Source of the DNA: Dipteris shenzhenensis
Taxonomy: Eukaryota
Assembly: GCA_047967505.1 (NCBI GenBank)
Contig: CM106538.1
Direction: 5' to 3' (one strand)
Length of the DNA: 64,000 nt
Below, in pieces: positions 40,891 to 53,649 of the stretch. The position numbers and the translations under genes were made by a program. Within the stretch, counting starts at the first letter, position 1. Every line of letters begins with the position of its first letter. The notes under the pieces were generated by a model. It was not told the origin of the DNA. It saw nothing but the letters and a program-made list of their open reading frames with translations, and made no database searches.

Positions 40891-41290
40891 GCGAGATATG
40901 ATCTCTTGGAGTGCCATGATTGCTGCGTGTGCCCATAAAGGGCATGGCAAAGAATCTCTATAACTGTTTGGCCAAATGCAGGTTGAAGGTCTTGTGCCAA
41001 ACAAGATCACCTTTATCTGCATTGTGGATGCTTGTGCTTGTATGACATCCCTAAAAGAGGGTCGTGTGACCCATGCTACTATTGCTGGCAATGGATGGGA
41101 GTCAGATGTTATTGTGGGGAATGCCCTTGTCTATATGTATTGCAAGTGTGTGAACCTAAATGATGCAAGGGCAGTGTTCACAGAGATGTCATAGTGGAAT
41201 GTGGTCTCCTAAAGTGACATAAGTGCTGGTTCTGCTCAGAATGGGCATGGCAAGGCAACCTTGCAACTGTTCAGTGGAATGCAAGTGAAA
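40883..41290 (+). pseudogene. PLS-class pentatricopeptide repeat (PPR) gene fragment
   Basis: [68 protein letters not shown] shows P-L-S motif order with several stops. Confidence 0.9.
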
Positions 41291-41632
41291 AAAAGTCTCT
41301 TGATCTCTTTATTTATTGATAGTGCACTGTGTGGATGGGAATTCTCTTCATGTTGGTTTTCTATTTCTCCTCATTTCCTCCCAATCTAAGCCGTGATACC
41401 TTCATTTTGATTTGAAAGAAAGGTTTTTCCAAATTCCATGCACACATTATTGTACACACATAGTATTGCATGAGGATCCTTCCATTACTTCATAAGCCTT
41501 ACTTTACAAAGTTGTCATGTCAGGTTCATTCATATCCATAAGCAAGGCCCTCTCTCTCTAGGTGACATCAGGAGATGTCAGCCTCTAACACCCCCTCTCA
41601 GCTCCTGGATGGAATAAAGACGCTAGGGAGAT

Positions 41633-41725
41633 GGGTGAATGAAAAGCTCGCAATATTCATAAAAATTGAAAAAAAGCTCGTGACAAAAAGATCACCAAAA
41701 AATCACACCCCCTTCTACTCGGGAA
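41633..41725 (+). mobile_element. MULE-like terminal fragment related to the end at 33590-33682
   Basis: AAAAGCTCG-type repeats are colinear with the reverse complement of 33610-33682, and both regions contain CCTTCTACTCGGGAA. Confidence 0.5.
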
Positions 41726-42988
41726 GTAGCAAGCTAAGGGTGTCCACTTTTTGTTCACTCCCCAATCCTTAGGAGGTGGAAAAACAAGCTTTTTAGCACA
41801 CAAAAATGCAAATCTCACCTACTTCCCTATGGATCTAGTCTTTGAAGTCTTCTGACACAACATCACACTTGCTATTGTGCACACAATCATATAGTTTGAT
41901 CGAAAATTCGATGCACACACAAAAAATTTCTTTGTGTCACACGGCATGGTTCTAGGGTGGTCACACGTTTGTCACGAACAGAGAGTGTCATATTAAATTC
42001 TAAATTTCTCACTCATTTTAGATCAAATGTTATTGAAACTTTGTAAGTGGTCTCTTTGCATTATGTAGAGCTTAACTTGATTTATTGGTAATTTTTTGAA
42101 TGATTTATCTAATTATAAATAATTATTTATAATAAATAAAGTCATAAAATACATGCATTTTAGTAGCACACCACATTTTTTTAGTATTTTGAATAATTAA
42201 GCAAATCCAATTCAGTGGAAGGTTAGTAGGCACATAAGGGTGTGTGGTTGAATCATCAAATCCCAAATCCAACGGTTAGATTTAGGAAGATTGAAGTTTA
42301 ATTTTTACTTTTACTCCTTAGAGCATCAACAAAGAATATTAAAAATAAATCTAGTAATTCCCAAACATAACCAAACATTTCAAAAATGTCAATATTTTTA
42401 GTCCTCTGCATGATGAATAAGAGGAAAAAATTTTGGTTAAATTTGAGTAAGGGAAACATACGATATGGCCTCCAACAGTTAAATCTCCCTTTTGTGGGGG
42501 AAAAAGGGCCACCCAAGCCTAATACCAAGACAAGGTAGGCTTGGTATTAGGCTTGGTGAGGTAGGCTAGGAGCATCACCGACCCTAGTGGCAAGCCTTTG
42601 GAGTCTGCATGCTGCCCATGTGGAAGGCTGAGTCATCAAAACCATGCCATGTTGTTAGACCACGTGGTGCCATCTCATCAAGGAGATGTGACATCACTCC
42701 TTGCCATGTCACCTTACATTGCCACACGTGCTGCCACATGTGCCACCTCATCATTCCACATCATGAGCCATGTGATCACACAATGCCACCTTGGCATACC
42801 TCCTCAACCTTGCCACATCACCAATCCCTCCACCTCAATTTGCCATGTCAATCTACCACCTCATGAATGCCAACTCATCATGCCACATCACCTTTCAATG
42901 TCATGGAAGAGACTATATTACCACATCATGACCATGCATGGTGCCACATCAGCCACATGTATACAAATGACGATGTGCAAGGCATACA

Positions 42989-43143
42989 ATACCTCGATCG
43001 AGGTATATGACCGAGGACACCTAGGGATACCTCGATCGAGGTTTATACATGCGTAATGCACTGAATACCTCGATCGAGGTATATGGTCTGTGATCGAGGT
43101 ATATGATCAGGGCTCTAGGCATAGTAGACCTCGATCGAGGTAT
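42989..43143. repeat. Left array of palindrome ATACCTCGATCGAGGTAT (4 copies plus half-sites)
   Basis: Copies at 42989, 43027, 43065 and 43128. Confidence 0.95.
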
Positions 43144-43287
43144 TTGAAGGTACAAAACTTAGCCAATTAGTATCAATCTTAGCACCAAAACTTAGCCAAT
43201 TAGTTTCAATCTTAGCACCTCTCCACCAATAATAATGAAGAGCAATCTAAGAGCAATCTAGTGGATGAGTTGAGGCTCTCTATAATC

Positions 43288-44014
43288 ACTACTAGCATGA
43301 CTACGTATGAAAAATGGCACACATACTAATGAAATATGCACGTGGACTTATTTGTTGGGGATGAAACTTCACATGGCTCTTAGGCTACCCTGGACGTACA
43401 TCCACGCAAGATTTGGTCTCCAACTGATTTGGTATGCGCCACATGGAAGGACAAATGCATACATTTTTACAATCCCTACTAGCACGACTACGTGTGAAAA
43501 ATGGCGCATGTACTAACGAAATATGCATGTGGACTTATCTGTTGGAGATTAAACTTTGCACGGCTCTTAGGCTGCTGTAGACGTACATCCACGCAAGATT
43601 TGGTCTCCAACTGATTTGGTATGCACCACGTGGAAGGACAACTGTGTACATTTTTACAATCCCTACTAGCATGACTATGTATGAAAAATGGCACACATAC
43701 TAATGAAATATGCACGTGGACTTATCTGTTGGGGATGAAACTTCACACGGCTCTTAGGCTACCCTGGACGTACATCCATGCAAGATTTGGTCTCCAACTG
43801 ATTTGGTATGCGCCACGTGGAAGGACAAATGCATACATTTTTACAATCCCTACTAGCATGACTACGTGTGAAAAATGGCGCACGTACTAACGAAATATGC
43901 ATGTGGACTTATCTGTTGGAGATTAAACTTTGCACGGCTCTTAGGCTACCGTAGACATACATCCACACAAGATTTGGTCTCCAACTGATTTAGTATGCGC
44001 CACGTGGAAGGACA
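43288..44014. repeat. 187-bp tandem repeat x ~4, arranged as 374-bp dimers
   Basis: CTACTAGCA(T/C)GACTA anchors at ~43288, 43475, 43662 and 43849. Units 1/3 and 2/4 share diagnostic variants. Confidence 0.93.
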
Positions 44015-44314
44015 TTCTTTTTTCAATACCTTATGTATTAGATGTGTGAATTGAGATATTCGAAATTCAAAATCATACTCCTAATTTTAAATGTTTATGT
44101 TACATTTAAACAAACTATAAACTGAGATAAACTGAGATAAACAAAGTGTGAAGAACATCATGAAAGTACGAAAATGCTCATACATCATAAAAGTGGGAAC
44201 AATATCATGAAAGTACCACATCATGCTACAGAAGCGCATCCCTATACAAGAAACGTGTGAATAGCCGTGCATCTGCGAATACTCGTGCCTCAAATCTAGC
44301 GTGAGTAATCGTCT

Positions 44315-45965
44315 CTACATGTAGAAGACGCTGGTCCGCCCTAGCTGCTGCTCCACCCACTGCTGCAATGATGTTTGTAGCTCTGCCTCTCGCTCAATCC
44401 GGCATGCCTCCTCTGCTCGTGCCTCGTCACCTGGCATGAAATCACCATACGAAAAGCGTCGTGGAATGCATGCTGCAACCACTGATGTATCAGCACCCTC
44501 CTGCATCAGCAACGCTCTTTGTGCCTCCTCCCTATAGTGCTCTGTCAAGACTACACAGGCGAATGGATCAATGGTGTGATGATGACCAGGATATAGATTA
44601 TCCATGCCTAGTCCTCTGTATGTGGCCACATCAATGTCAGCAAAGCATACAGGGCACACTGATCGTGCCACCATGTGGCGGGTCATGCAATGGAGATGTG
44701 CGATGTGGCTGCACCCTAGTCCAAACCACCCTACAGTGTCAAACTCCTCGTGGCAAAGGACGCAAGTGGTAGTAGGAAGCCTAGCTATGACTGCTGCGTC
44801 TATGGGTGTCCTAGTCGGCACATCTACAGGGGAGGAGCGGGGTATAGGGCCACGCTGGGGTCGATCCTATGGCGAGATGGATCACGACTAATATGCCTCA
44901 ACTGCAAAATATAGTGCTCTGCATGATGGTATGCTATGCGTGTCCGAATCCTCTGCTCCTCCAAATCTGTCTGCAACAGTCGTATGCGAGACTCCATCTC
45001 CTGACGCAATAGATGTGCCTGCAATGCAAACATGTCGCGTACATGGTGAGAATTAACCAAAAAACTTTAGTTCAAAACACGCTACAAAAAAATAAACTAA
45101 CATAATCAAAATAACTAACCTCATCCCTAGACTCGGCCAACAATGCCTCCAACTCTGCAATCCGTGTGTCTCGAGCCTCCAACTCGTGCTGAGGTGGTGT
45201 AGATGTGGGAGGTGGTGTAGATGTGGGAGGCTCCATCGATGATCGAGGTGGGGGAGGTGGAATCGCAATAGATCTCGATAGGGCAGAGACCATGTGCTGC
45301 AAGGATGATGCCACTGAATGAACATCCCCCCTAATCTATCCTCCCACCGCTCGTAATAAAGGTGCAGGGATGGTGTGCAACTCAGGTGCCTCGTGTCGAC
45401 GTCGAACACCTACAATCTGATGCTCCTGACGCCCCGTCCTACCATGTCCCGCTTCTGATCTTGGACGGGTACTAAGGTAGTCCACCCGATGACCAAAACT
45501 CAGCGTATAGTTGCATGGCAAACGACCTGGCTATCCGACGGTTGTGAGGCAATCGACCACCATTCGCAGCGAGATATCTCGGATAAATGTGTGCTGCTAT
45601 GATGGGGTGCCTACAACGTAAAATATGCAAGGGGAGCCCTGATCGTGGTCGCATCGCCTCGGTGTGATCATCCCAAAACATATCCTCTAAGGCCTGCCTG
45701 TGATGTGACTCACGCTCAAACAACTGTCGAATGGCTCTCCAATCCAAGCCACCACCAGTGATCTCTGCCTCAGCCTATGCCTGAAAGCTATCCACAATGT
45801 CCTCAACTGTGTCCAATCGACCCAGAGCCTCAATAACTGATGAATCTAGACTCGCAACCAAGTGAGGGGGTGCCCTAGCATCCTGCAGTGCCCTCATCTC
45901 AGCTCTTAGCATCTCTATCTGCATACGAATAGTGGTGCTAGAACCTGTGCACTGGCTGGCGCATG
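44315..45965 (-). pseudogene. Spliced gene: unknown N-terminal domain, Pro-rich linker, coiled coil, RING-H2 finger; disrupted
   Basis: CVLC-x13-CSHIAHLHC-x10-CPVC is a C3H2C3 RING. A GT..AG intron at 45119-45019 joins ..LLAESRDE to AHLLRQEM.. in frame. There is a frameshift at ~44824-44867 and stops further upstream. Confidence 0.8.
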
Positions 45966-46899
45966 CACAAAAAAAACACATGGAAATTAATATTCTATTT
46001 GGGTAATGAAAATAATATTCTATTCAATATGACTTATAATCTATTTACGTAATGAAAACTATTTGTACGTACTCCTTGATGAGGTAGGATGTCGTTGGGA
46101 TCATCCTATGCACCTACCGGTAGATGGGCCAAATGTGTGGCTCAATATTATTAAAAATTCTTAATTTTGATTAGAATTTTTTCAAACTCTAGTTGTTGCA
46201 TTTTTAAACTTAGATGTCTCAAATATTTTTTCCTTATATGTTTCCCTTTTTTCACTTTTTATCCAATATGAAACTTTTCCACATGTGGTGTAAGGACCAC
46301 ATTGTCCACTTATGGCCCCTATACTAAGGACAGATAGTGGAGAGGTTTGGTTAATAAGACCTTCTTTGAATGCTTTACTGGCTTGGGTTTGCAATAGATA
46401 CGGAGGAGATAGAAGGATACCTAATACATTACTTTGAACGATACGCAAGCAAGGCGCATCTAGTATTTCTCAGACTACACATTAAAAAAGAGAGCGGGTT
46501 CACACTACAGACCTTTTAAAGTGAAAACTTTGAGAAAATAATTAAGCCTTTTCAATATTATCTATTTTGGTTGGGCAATCCACCTCAACTAGTGGCCATT
46601 CCTATAGATCATCACTTGGTTCCCATGCTTGGGGAGAGAGGAGACCTTTGGACAATCATAAATTACGTATGTGTTTTCGATGCGCTGGTGCATTTACAAG
46701 ATCCAATTAGCGATATGCTTATGCATCTAACCACTCTAGTGTTGGGGTCTTTGCCCATGTGGTGTGGTGTTTTAGGGATAATGCCCATGTGGTGTTTTAT
46801 ACAGCCTACTTACTCTACCTAAATTATGAAACAACTCTTAACCAACTATATAATCTATAATATTTCACATAAACGATGATTTTTTAAAAGATGGTTTTA

Positions 46900-48410
46900 A
46901 AGACTAAAATTTAAACATTTTTTTATTTAAATAAAAATAGCACCAATTTCAAAGATAGCATAGAAGCTACTTTAATCTCTCTTTTTCTTGTTCTTGTTTT
47001 CTTGTTTTTAATACATGATTTTCTTATTTTAACAAAATTCTTATTTTCTTGTTCTTGATACATGATTTCTAAAAACAAAATTTAAACGTTATATTAAATT
47101 CAAAACTTCAGTAATTTGTAAACTTCACTTATAAATTTTTTTAATAGATTATTTTAAAAAACAAATTATATACTTTTTGACATTTAAATACAAACTTCAC
47201 TAACTTAAACTCTTATTTTCTTTTTTTTATAAGATCATTTTTAAAAATAAAATTTAAACGTTTTTTTATTTAAATATAAATAACACTAATAAAAAAATAT
47301 CTTTAATCTCTTTTTTTTAAAAGATGATTTCAAAAAACAAAATATATACATTTTCAGGCTTTAAATAAAAAATTACATAATTCCAAAAATAATTTAAAAA
47401 ACTTTAAAATGCATTTCAAATTTAGAAATATTTTATAATTATTCCTATAAACTAAAATTTAAACGTTTCTTTATTTAAATAAAAATAGCACTAATTTAAA
47501 AAATAACTTTAATCTCTTTTTCTTTAAAGATGATTTTAAAAACAAAATATTTACATTTTCACATTTTAAATAAATAATTACGTAAATAATTTAAAAAAAC
47601 TTTAAAATGCATTTCAATTTTAAAAATATTTTATAATTATTCCTATAAACTAAGATTTAAACGTTTTTTATTTCAATAAAAATAGCTCTAATTTAAAAAA
47701 ATAACTTTAATCTCTTTTTTTCCAAAGATGATTTTTAAAAACCTAATTTTTACATTTTCACATTTTAAATAAAAATTTAAAATGCATTTGAAATTTGAAA
47801 TATTTTATAATTATTCCTATGAACTAAAATTTAAACGTTTTTTTAAAAAATAACTTAAATCATGATTTTAAAAAACAACATTTTTACATTTTCACATTTT
47901 GAATTAAAAATGTCGTAATTCAAAAATTTAAAAAAAACTTTTAAATGCATTTCAAATTTAAAAATATTTTATAATTATTCCTGTGAACTAAAATTTAAAC
48001 ATTTTTTTATTTAATTAAAAATAGCTCTAATTAAAAAAATAACTTTAATCTCTTTTTTTTCAAAGATGATTTTAAAAAACAGAATTTTTACATTTTCACA
48101 TTTTGAATAAAAAATGCCTTATTAAACGTTTTTTAAATTTAAAATTTTCACATTTTAAATTATAAATGTCGTAATTCAAAAATTTAAAAAAATTTACAAA
48201 TGCATTTCAAATTTATAAATATTTTATAATTATTCCTATGAACGTTTTTTTATTTAATAAAAATAGCTCTATTAATTTTTTTTTTCATTTTCACATTTTA
48301 AATAAAAAATGTCGTAATTCATAAATTTCAGAAAAACATTAAAATGCATTTGAAATTTAGAAATTTTTTATAATTTTTCTTATAAACTAAAATTTCATTA
48401 AATTTTACCA
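46900..48410. repeat. Extremely AT-rich degenerate tandem repeat (~165-200-bp units)
   Basis: Recurrent AAATGCATTTCAAATTT..TATAATTATTCCTAT(A/G)AACTAAAATTTAAACG blocks. Confidence 0.85.
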
Positions 48411-48550
48411 AAAAGAAAATGCTACATAAAAAAAACCCTACTTGGACTCTCCTGCTCCGTCCATCTCCGTCGATGTCCGTCGGTCACTCTCCGTCGCTCA
48501 CGCAATTCCGTCGACGTCCCGCAAATCCAAAATCGGTGGATGAGGAGGAG

Positions 48551-49207
48551 CTCGATCGAGGTATGCGGAATGAGGGGGGTCGCTCTCCTTTTATAAGAAA
48601 AATTAGGGTTTCTCTACCTCGATCGAGGTATTCCGCATGCATGCCACGATACCTCGATCGAGGTATTGTGACATGCCCATATATCTCGGTACATCTATCT
48701 CGATCGAGGTATTGACATGCCATGATACCTCGATCGAGGTATCATGACATGCCCATACATCTGGGTACATCCACGTCGATGGAGGTATTGACATGCCACG
48801 ATACCTCGATCGAGGTATTGTGACATGCCCATACATCTTGGTACATCTACCTCGATCGAGGTATTTACATGCCACGATACCTCGATCGAGGTATGTCGGC
48901 AGCAACCGGATGCCAAGTCATCGGTCCAGCATACCTCGATCGAGGTATGTCATCTGTCCTGTCGACTGCCCTGTCGGATGGCACATACCTCGATCGAGGT
49001 ATGCTGGACATGCCACCTTACCTCGATCGAGGTTGAGTTGGATTGCCAGGATACCTCGAATGAGGTAGATGTGGCATGTATAGGTGGCTTGCCAACAAAC
49101 CTCGATCGAGGTAGAGGCTCGGTCCGGTGAAAAAAGCCCAGCACCTCGATCGAGGTATTGGCTTGGCTCGGTTGTCCTCATTGGAGCTAATACCTCGATC
49201 GAGGTAT
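48551..49207. repeat. Right array of palindrome ATACCTCGATCGAGGTAT (~16 copies)
   Basis: Counted by eye. A 76-bp period is seen at 48649, 48725, 48801 and 48877, with irregular spacers beyond. Confidence 0.95.
48586..48610 (-). promoter_or_regulatory. Candidate core promoter of the RING gene
   Basis: Minus strand AAACCCTAA (telo-box) then CTTATAAAAAGG, upstream of a CpG-rich exon-like block ending in CAA/GTAGG at ~48441. Confidence 0.45.
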
Positions 49208-50489
49208 TGGAGACCGAAGCAAAACCTTTGTATTTTCACTCGAGCGGGTGTCACACTCACCCGAAAGTGGACACCCTTAGCTTGCTACCACCCACTCATT
49301 TTTTGTCAGCATTCAATTGAGCTTGATCACTTTAGGGCACTGATTTCAAAGTTATTGCTCCACAAGCTTGGAGATGAACTATTCAAGGGCTCTACAACAT
49401 CTATTACTTGATTGCAAGCAAATTTGCTACCAGCTCAGGATCAACCCAAGTAGAACATTGTTACTCAAAAGGGAATGCTTGATCCCTTGGAAGTCCACTT
49501 GCTCAACTTTAAAAATATTGCAATCAAAGGTAGTAAATTGTAGTTGCTATTCTAAGCTTCTTGCACAAATAGAGAAGCTTAGACATTTTACTTTGAAAGC
49601 TATGGAGCTATAAAAGGTACTTTTTAATATCTACGATACCTCATTAAAAACGACATCTTCATACACCACATTTTCACATTGATATTGATCCTTTGTTCTC
49701 TCCATGTAAAGAAATAAAAGGCTAAGATGCTTTTGAAGCTAGACAATAATTTCATTACAATGTCTCACCACATTTGGTCCAATCTCTTAGATGATCTATC
49801 AAAACAACACAAAAAATTCCATAGAATAGTTTTTAAAAAGGGGGAGACAAAAGGTCTTGGGAAAAATAACTAAGGGTGAGTACCTAGATGGATACTATCT
49901 CCATCATACAAACCGGCCATCACGTAAATGGATTTCTTAAAGATCCTTGAGAGAGTCACACTATGTTTGATGGATTTGTGTTGGTTGTATGCAATATTTT
50001 TGCACCAATGTCCAAATTTTCTCTTCCATTCAAGGGCAAGATCTTGAAGCACAACCCTAATGAGCCATATGAATTCTTCTACTTTAAAATCAATGTGAAA
50101 ATATGAGATCCAAGTTTTTGGGATTGTGAATAAGTACTAGTGGTCCTTATAATTCCTAACTATGCCTTAAAGTGGACCTCATGGTTTATGGTGGTAGATC
50201 CCATAAAATCTCAAGGAAAAAAATCATTCGATAAATCTATATGCTCATAGTGGTGAGCCTCGTGTCCAGAGCAGGGTTAGTTAAATCCTAATGCACCATC
50301 CTATTGCAGGAGGGGGCCAAATCAAGCACATGAGTATGTGTGTGTTCATCACCATGGCTCTTATAATCCATCCCCCTTGAGGGATGCTTAATGATCTATA
50401 TACTAATTCTACAAGGTCATTTTACTTTTGTACTAGAGTACAAAACCAATTGTAGGGGGACAAAAGCAAGGGCACACATATGTGCATGC

Positions 50490-50890
50490 TTTAATATTCC
50501 CATCAGGAAATGGGCCATACAAGTAGTCCATCATTTGGATAAACATATTATGTATGAGAAAAGGACAAAAATATTTGACACAACTAAATTGAAAATTTTG
50601 ACAAATTTGTAACAAATTGAGATCTTTTCTTAATAAATAGTTTGCAAAAAATTCAAGAACCTTGAGAATTTTAATTAATATTTAGTTTGCAAAAAAAACC
50701 ACAAGATAGGTAAAAAGTGTCAAATCCATCAGGTACTCTAGGTTCCCAGGTCAGGGTCCACTTACTTGCCACCCTCCAAGTAAGCCATAACTTAGAATAA
50801 TATAGCTTAATTTGGGTAGATATGTAATGCATGTGTTACCTGGCTTGTAGTCACTTTACCTAGGAACAAGAACATCCCTCTAGATTCTTA
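50490..50890. repeat. Dispersed repeat, inverted copy of 30-410
   Basis: See feature 30-410. Confidence 0.8.
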
Positions 50891-51861
50891 AAAAAAGGTG
50901 TAATGGATGCAAAATTACAAAAGTGTCATGATTAATCCACCTTCTTATATCAAAAAATACAAAAAAAGGGGGTAGTCCACACCCTGTCATTGAGAGGTGA
51001 AGATCATTTCTACATTATGGGGGGTAGTCCACACCCTTATATGAAGGATAAAATAAATTGATTAAGTAAATTAATTAACCAACAAAAAAAAGAAGGAAAA
51101 TTAAGAGATAAAATATAACAAGGGGGTAATCCCACACCCTTACATGAAAGTAGTAATGTATCTCACATAAGGACATTAAAATTTCCTCTAGATAAAAAAT
51201 ATAATTACATTATGGGATTTATAAAATTTGAGAAACTTTACTCAGGGGTCGTAAGGAAATGCTAAAAATAGGTTACATAGGGACTTAGAAAAGAAGCCTT
51301 GAATGCACATGATATAGACAAGAATCATCTTTTCATCTATGTCACTTTGTCTTCTTTTCATCTGAGTCTAGATAGGCAAAATCTTTAATCGTTCGGCATT
51401 CACGTCCCATAATTATTGACTCATCACAAATGGGGTTCTTGCAGAGACATGTTTTACCAACCAGATGTCAATTTGGGATGGTATGAAATGCTTGGTTTAG
51501 TTTGGTGGTGGAAAGTGTTCAATGGATCATTGGCTAGTAAGTGCCCTTAAACTTGCAAAACAGAGTCACAAAACATTGCTGGAAAGGGATGATTCATTTG
51601 ATCAATGAGATAACTTGGTGCAGGGGTCTCTCATAACATGCATATACTTTACATGACTAGCCTCACAAGGAAGAAATGATAATCTAATGTTAAAATATCC
51701 AAATAAATTAATGAAGGCATTTAAATAAACGAAACAATTAAAGGAACTTAGTTATTAACTGAAGGAAAATTCATGGGAAGAAATTAAGTATGACAATTAA
51801 GGAAATTAATTAAAAGAAAATAAATAAATAATAAAGAAAGTAGAATGACTAATGTAATGAC

Positions 51862-52029
51862 ATATATATATATATCATGTATGTATGTATGTATATGTCT
51901 TTATGTTAATCCTCTCATATTTTTTCTTTTTTGTTAGAGAGAAGGGGGGGGATTTTATTAAAGTAGACCAAAACAGAAAAAATGTGAGAGGATTAACATA
52001 AAGACATATACATACATACATGCATGCAT

Positions 52030-52067
<38 letters not shown>
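51862..52067. repeat. (TA)n, (TATG)n/(CATA)n and (CA)n microsatellites
   Basis: Direct inspection. Confidence 0.85.
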
Positions 52068-52074
<7 letters not shown>

Positions 52075-53649
52075 TGCTTACAAAGATAAACCGAACTATC
52101 TAAGGGACAAAACCAAAAAATAGGATAATGAAAGGGTGTTTAAAGTTAGGGAAGAGCACATTTTTGAGACTTAATAAAAGAGTTGGTATATCAATATATA
52201 TAGATAAGAAGACGTATGTAAAGACATAAGAAGCCAATATATATAAAGAGCCAAACATGTATGTAAAGATATATAAATATATGAATCCATAAATAAGGGA
52301 ACATGAGGGAATGAGTGACCAAGGCAGGGAAGGTACAAAAGGCAACTAGCATGAGAGAGAAAGAGCCATGCACACAATGACATGGGCTAGCCAAGAGGTA
52401 ACTAAGGTAGGATGCTGCTTATAGAAAGAGAATGCCTCTAGAATGCCCAAATAGGGAAGGAGATTAGTAGCACAAGATACTAAGCTACTGGGAGCACAAG
52501 ATACTAGGCCATTGAGCTTGATCTAGATTAAGTTGCCACACTTTGCAGAATCTCTAAACATAGGATCTGAACATTGAGATATTTACCAATCTTAAGATAA
52601 GTTCAATCAATTAATTGTAAGATTTGAGGACTTCAATTATCAGTATGTCCATGTAAGGAAGACTCCACGAGTGTCTCAAGTCTTCAACTCTAAGTCTATC
52701 AATGCCAATTCAAGGTATGTTGCTAGAGAGTGAGATCATAGGTGAGACCACACAAATCTCACAAGTCTCCTTCTTAAGGTGCACCAAAGTTTCAATGAAC
52801 AAAAGCAATAAAATTTTCTAAAGGCACACATGGATAGGAAGACCTACAATCAACACAACTAGAGCAAGTATCAAGTATACATGGCCAAGATTCTACAACA
52901 TAGGGAAGATCCAAAATACTTTAAGGACTAAGATTGGTATCGGCACAAAGTTTTTCTTTGTGAGAGACAAGTCTTTGTCCATCAATGCGATGTGCTTTGC
53001 ATGGATCACTCACAATTTTTCATCTTTGAAGAGTATGGTTGTGATGCTCCACAATCTCCTAGAGTGCCCTCATAGCACCTATACTAGGACACATATCATC
53101 CTTGTAGTTTTGCATCTTCAAAGAGTCCGGTTGTGACTTGCTCCATAGCCTCCTAGAGTGCCCCATAGTACTTGTACTAAGACCCATATCATCTATAGCT
53201 TTGTGTGATATCACGAACAATGCATTGGAAAGGAGACCATGAGATCAAGTTATCAGAACCTAGCTATAACTTCTTGATTTCTTTAAGTACCCTTGTTCTT
53301 GGTTTCACTTAAGGTTGCTTATTCAACCTTGGAGGTGGCACTGGTATGCACACATGGATCCATGGCCACTTATTTGCCTTGAAATTCCTCCTTCACTCTT
53401 TCCTTGCTTGTTATTCCTCATCTTGCACATCTTGCTAGTGTGCCCATTTTAAACTTGCCCCCCATGAATAACATCCTTGTGAAGGGTATTTGTTGGTGTA
53501 CTCTTTCCTCTTTCCTTTAGATCTTTACCTACTAATTGAGTTTTTCTATCTACTTTACAATAGGACCTCTAGTAAGCTTCTCACTATTTTGGAGATTTTA
53601 AAATACAATTTACTCTTGTATCAATTGGGGGAGACTATTGTCAGCCAGG

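Larger units (their letters stand above)
41726..49288 (-). mobile_element. Unclassified TIR element (7563 bp) with palindrome arrays and a RING-H2 gene
   Basis: Perfect 25-bp inverted repeats GTAGCAAGCTAAGGGTGTCCACTTT (41726-41750) and AAAGTGGACACCCTTAGCTTGCTAC (49264-49288). The same 18-bp palindrome is arrayed near both ends. No TSD seen. Confidence 0.85.

Noticed and set aside
48551-49207. CRISPR-like array (palindromic repeat with spacers)
   Set aside because: The repeat is only 18 bp, spacers are irregular and partly periodic, there are no cas genes, the context is a plant TE, and the motif is mirrored at the other end of a TIR element.
49300-50150. Possible minus-strand LINE RT remnant (IDFK.., FYLG)
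   Set aside because: Too degenerate to support without a profile search.
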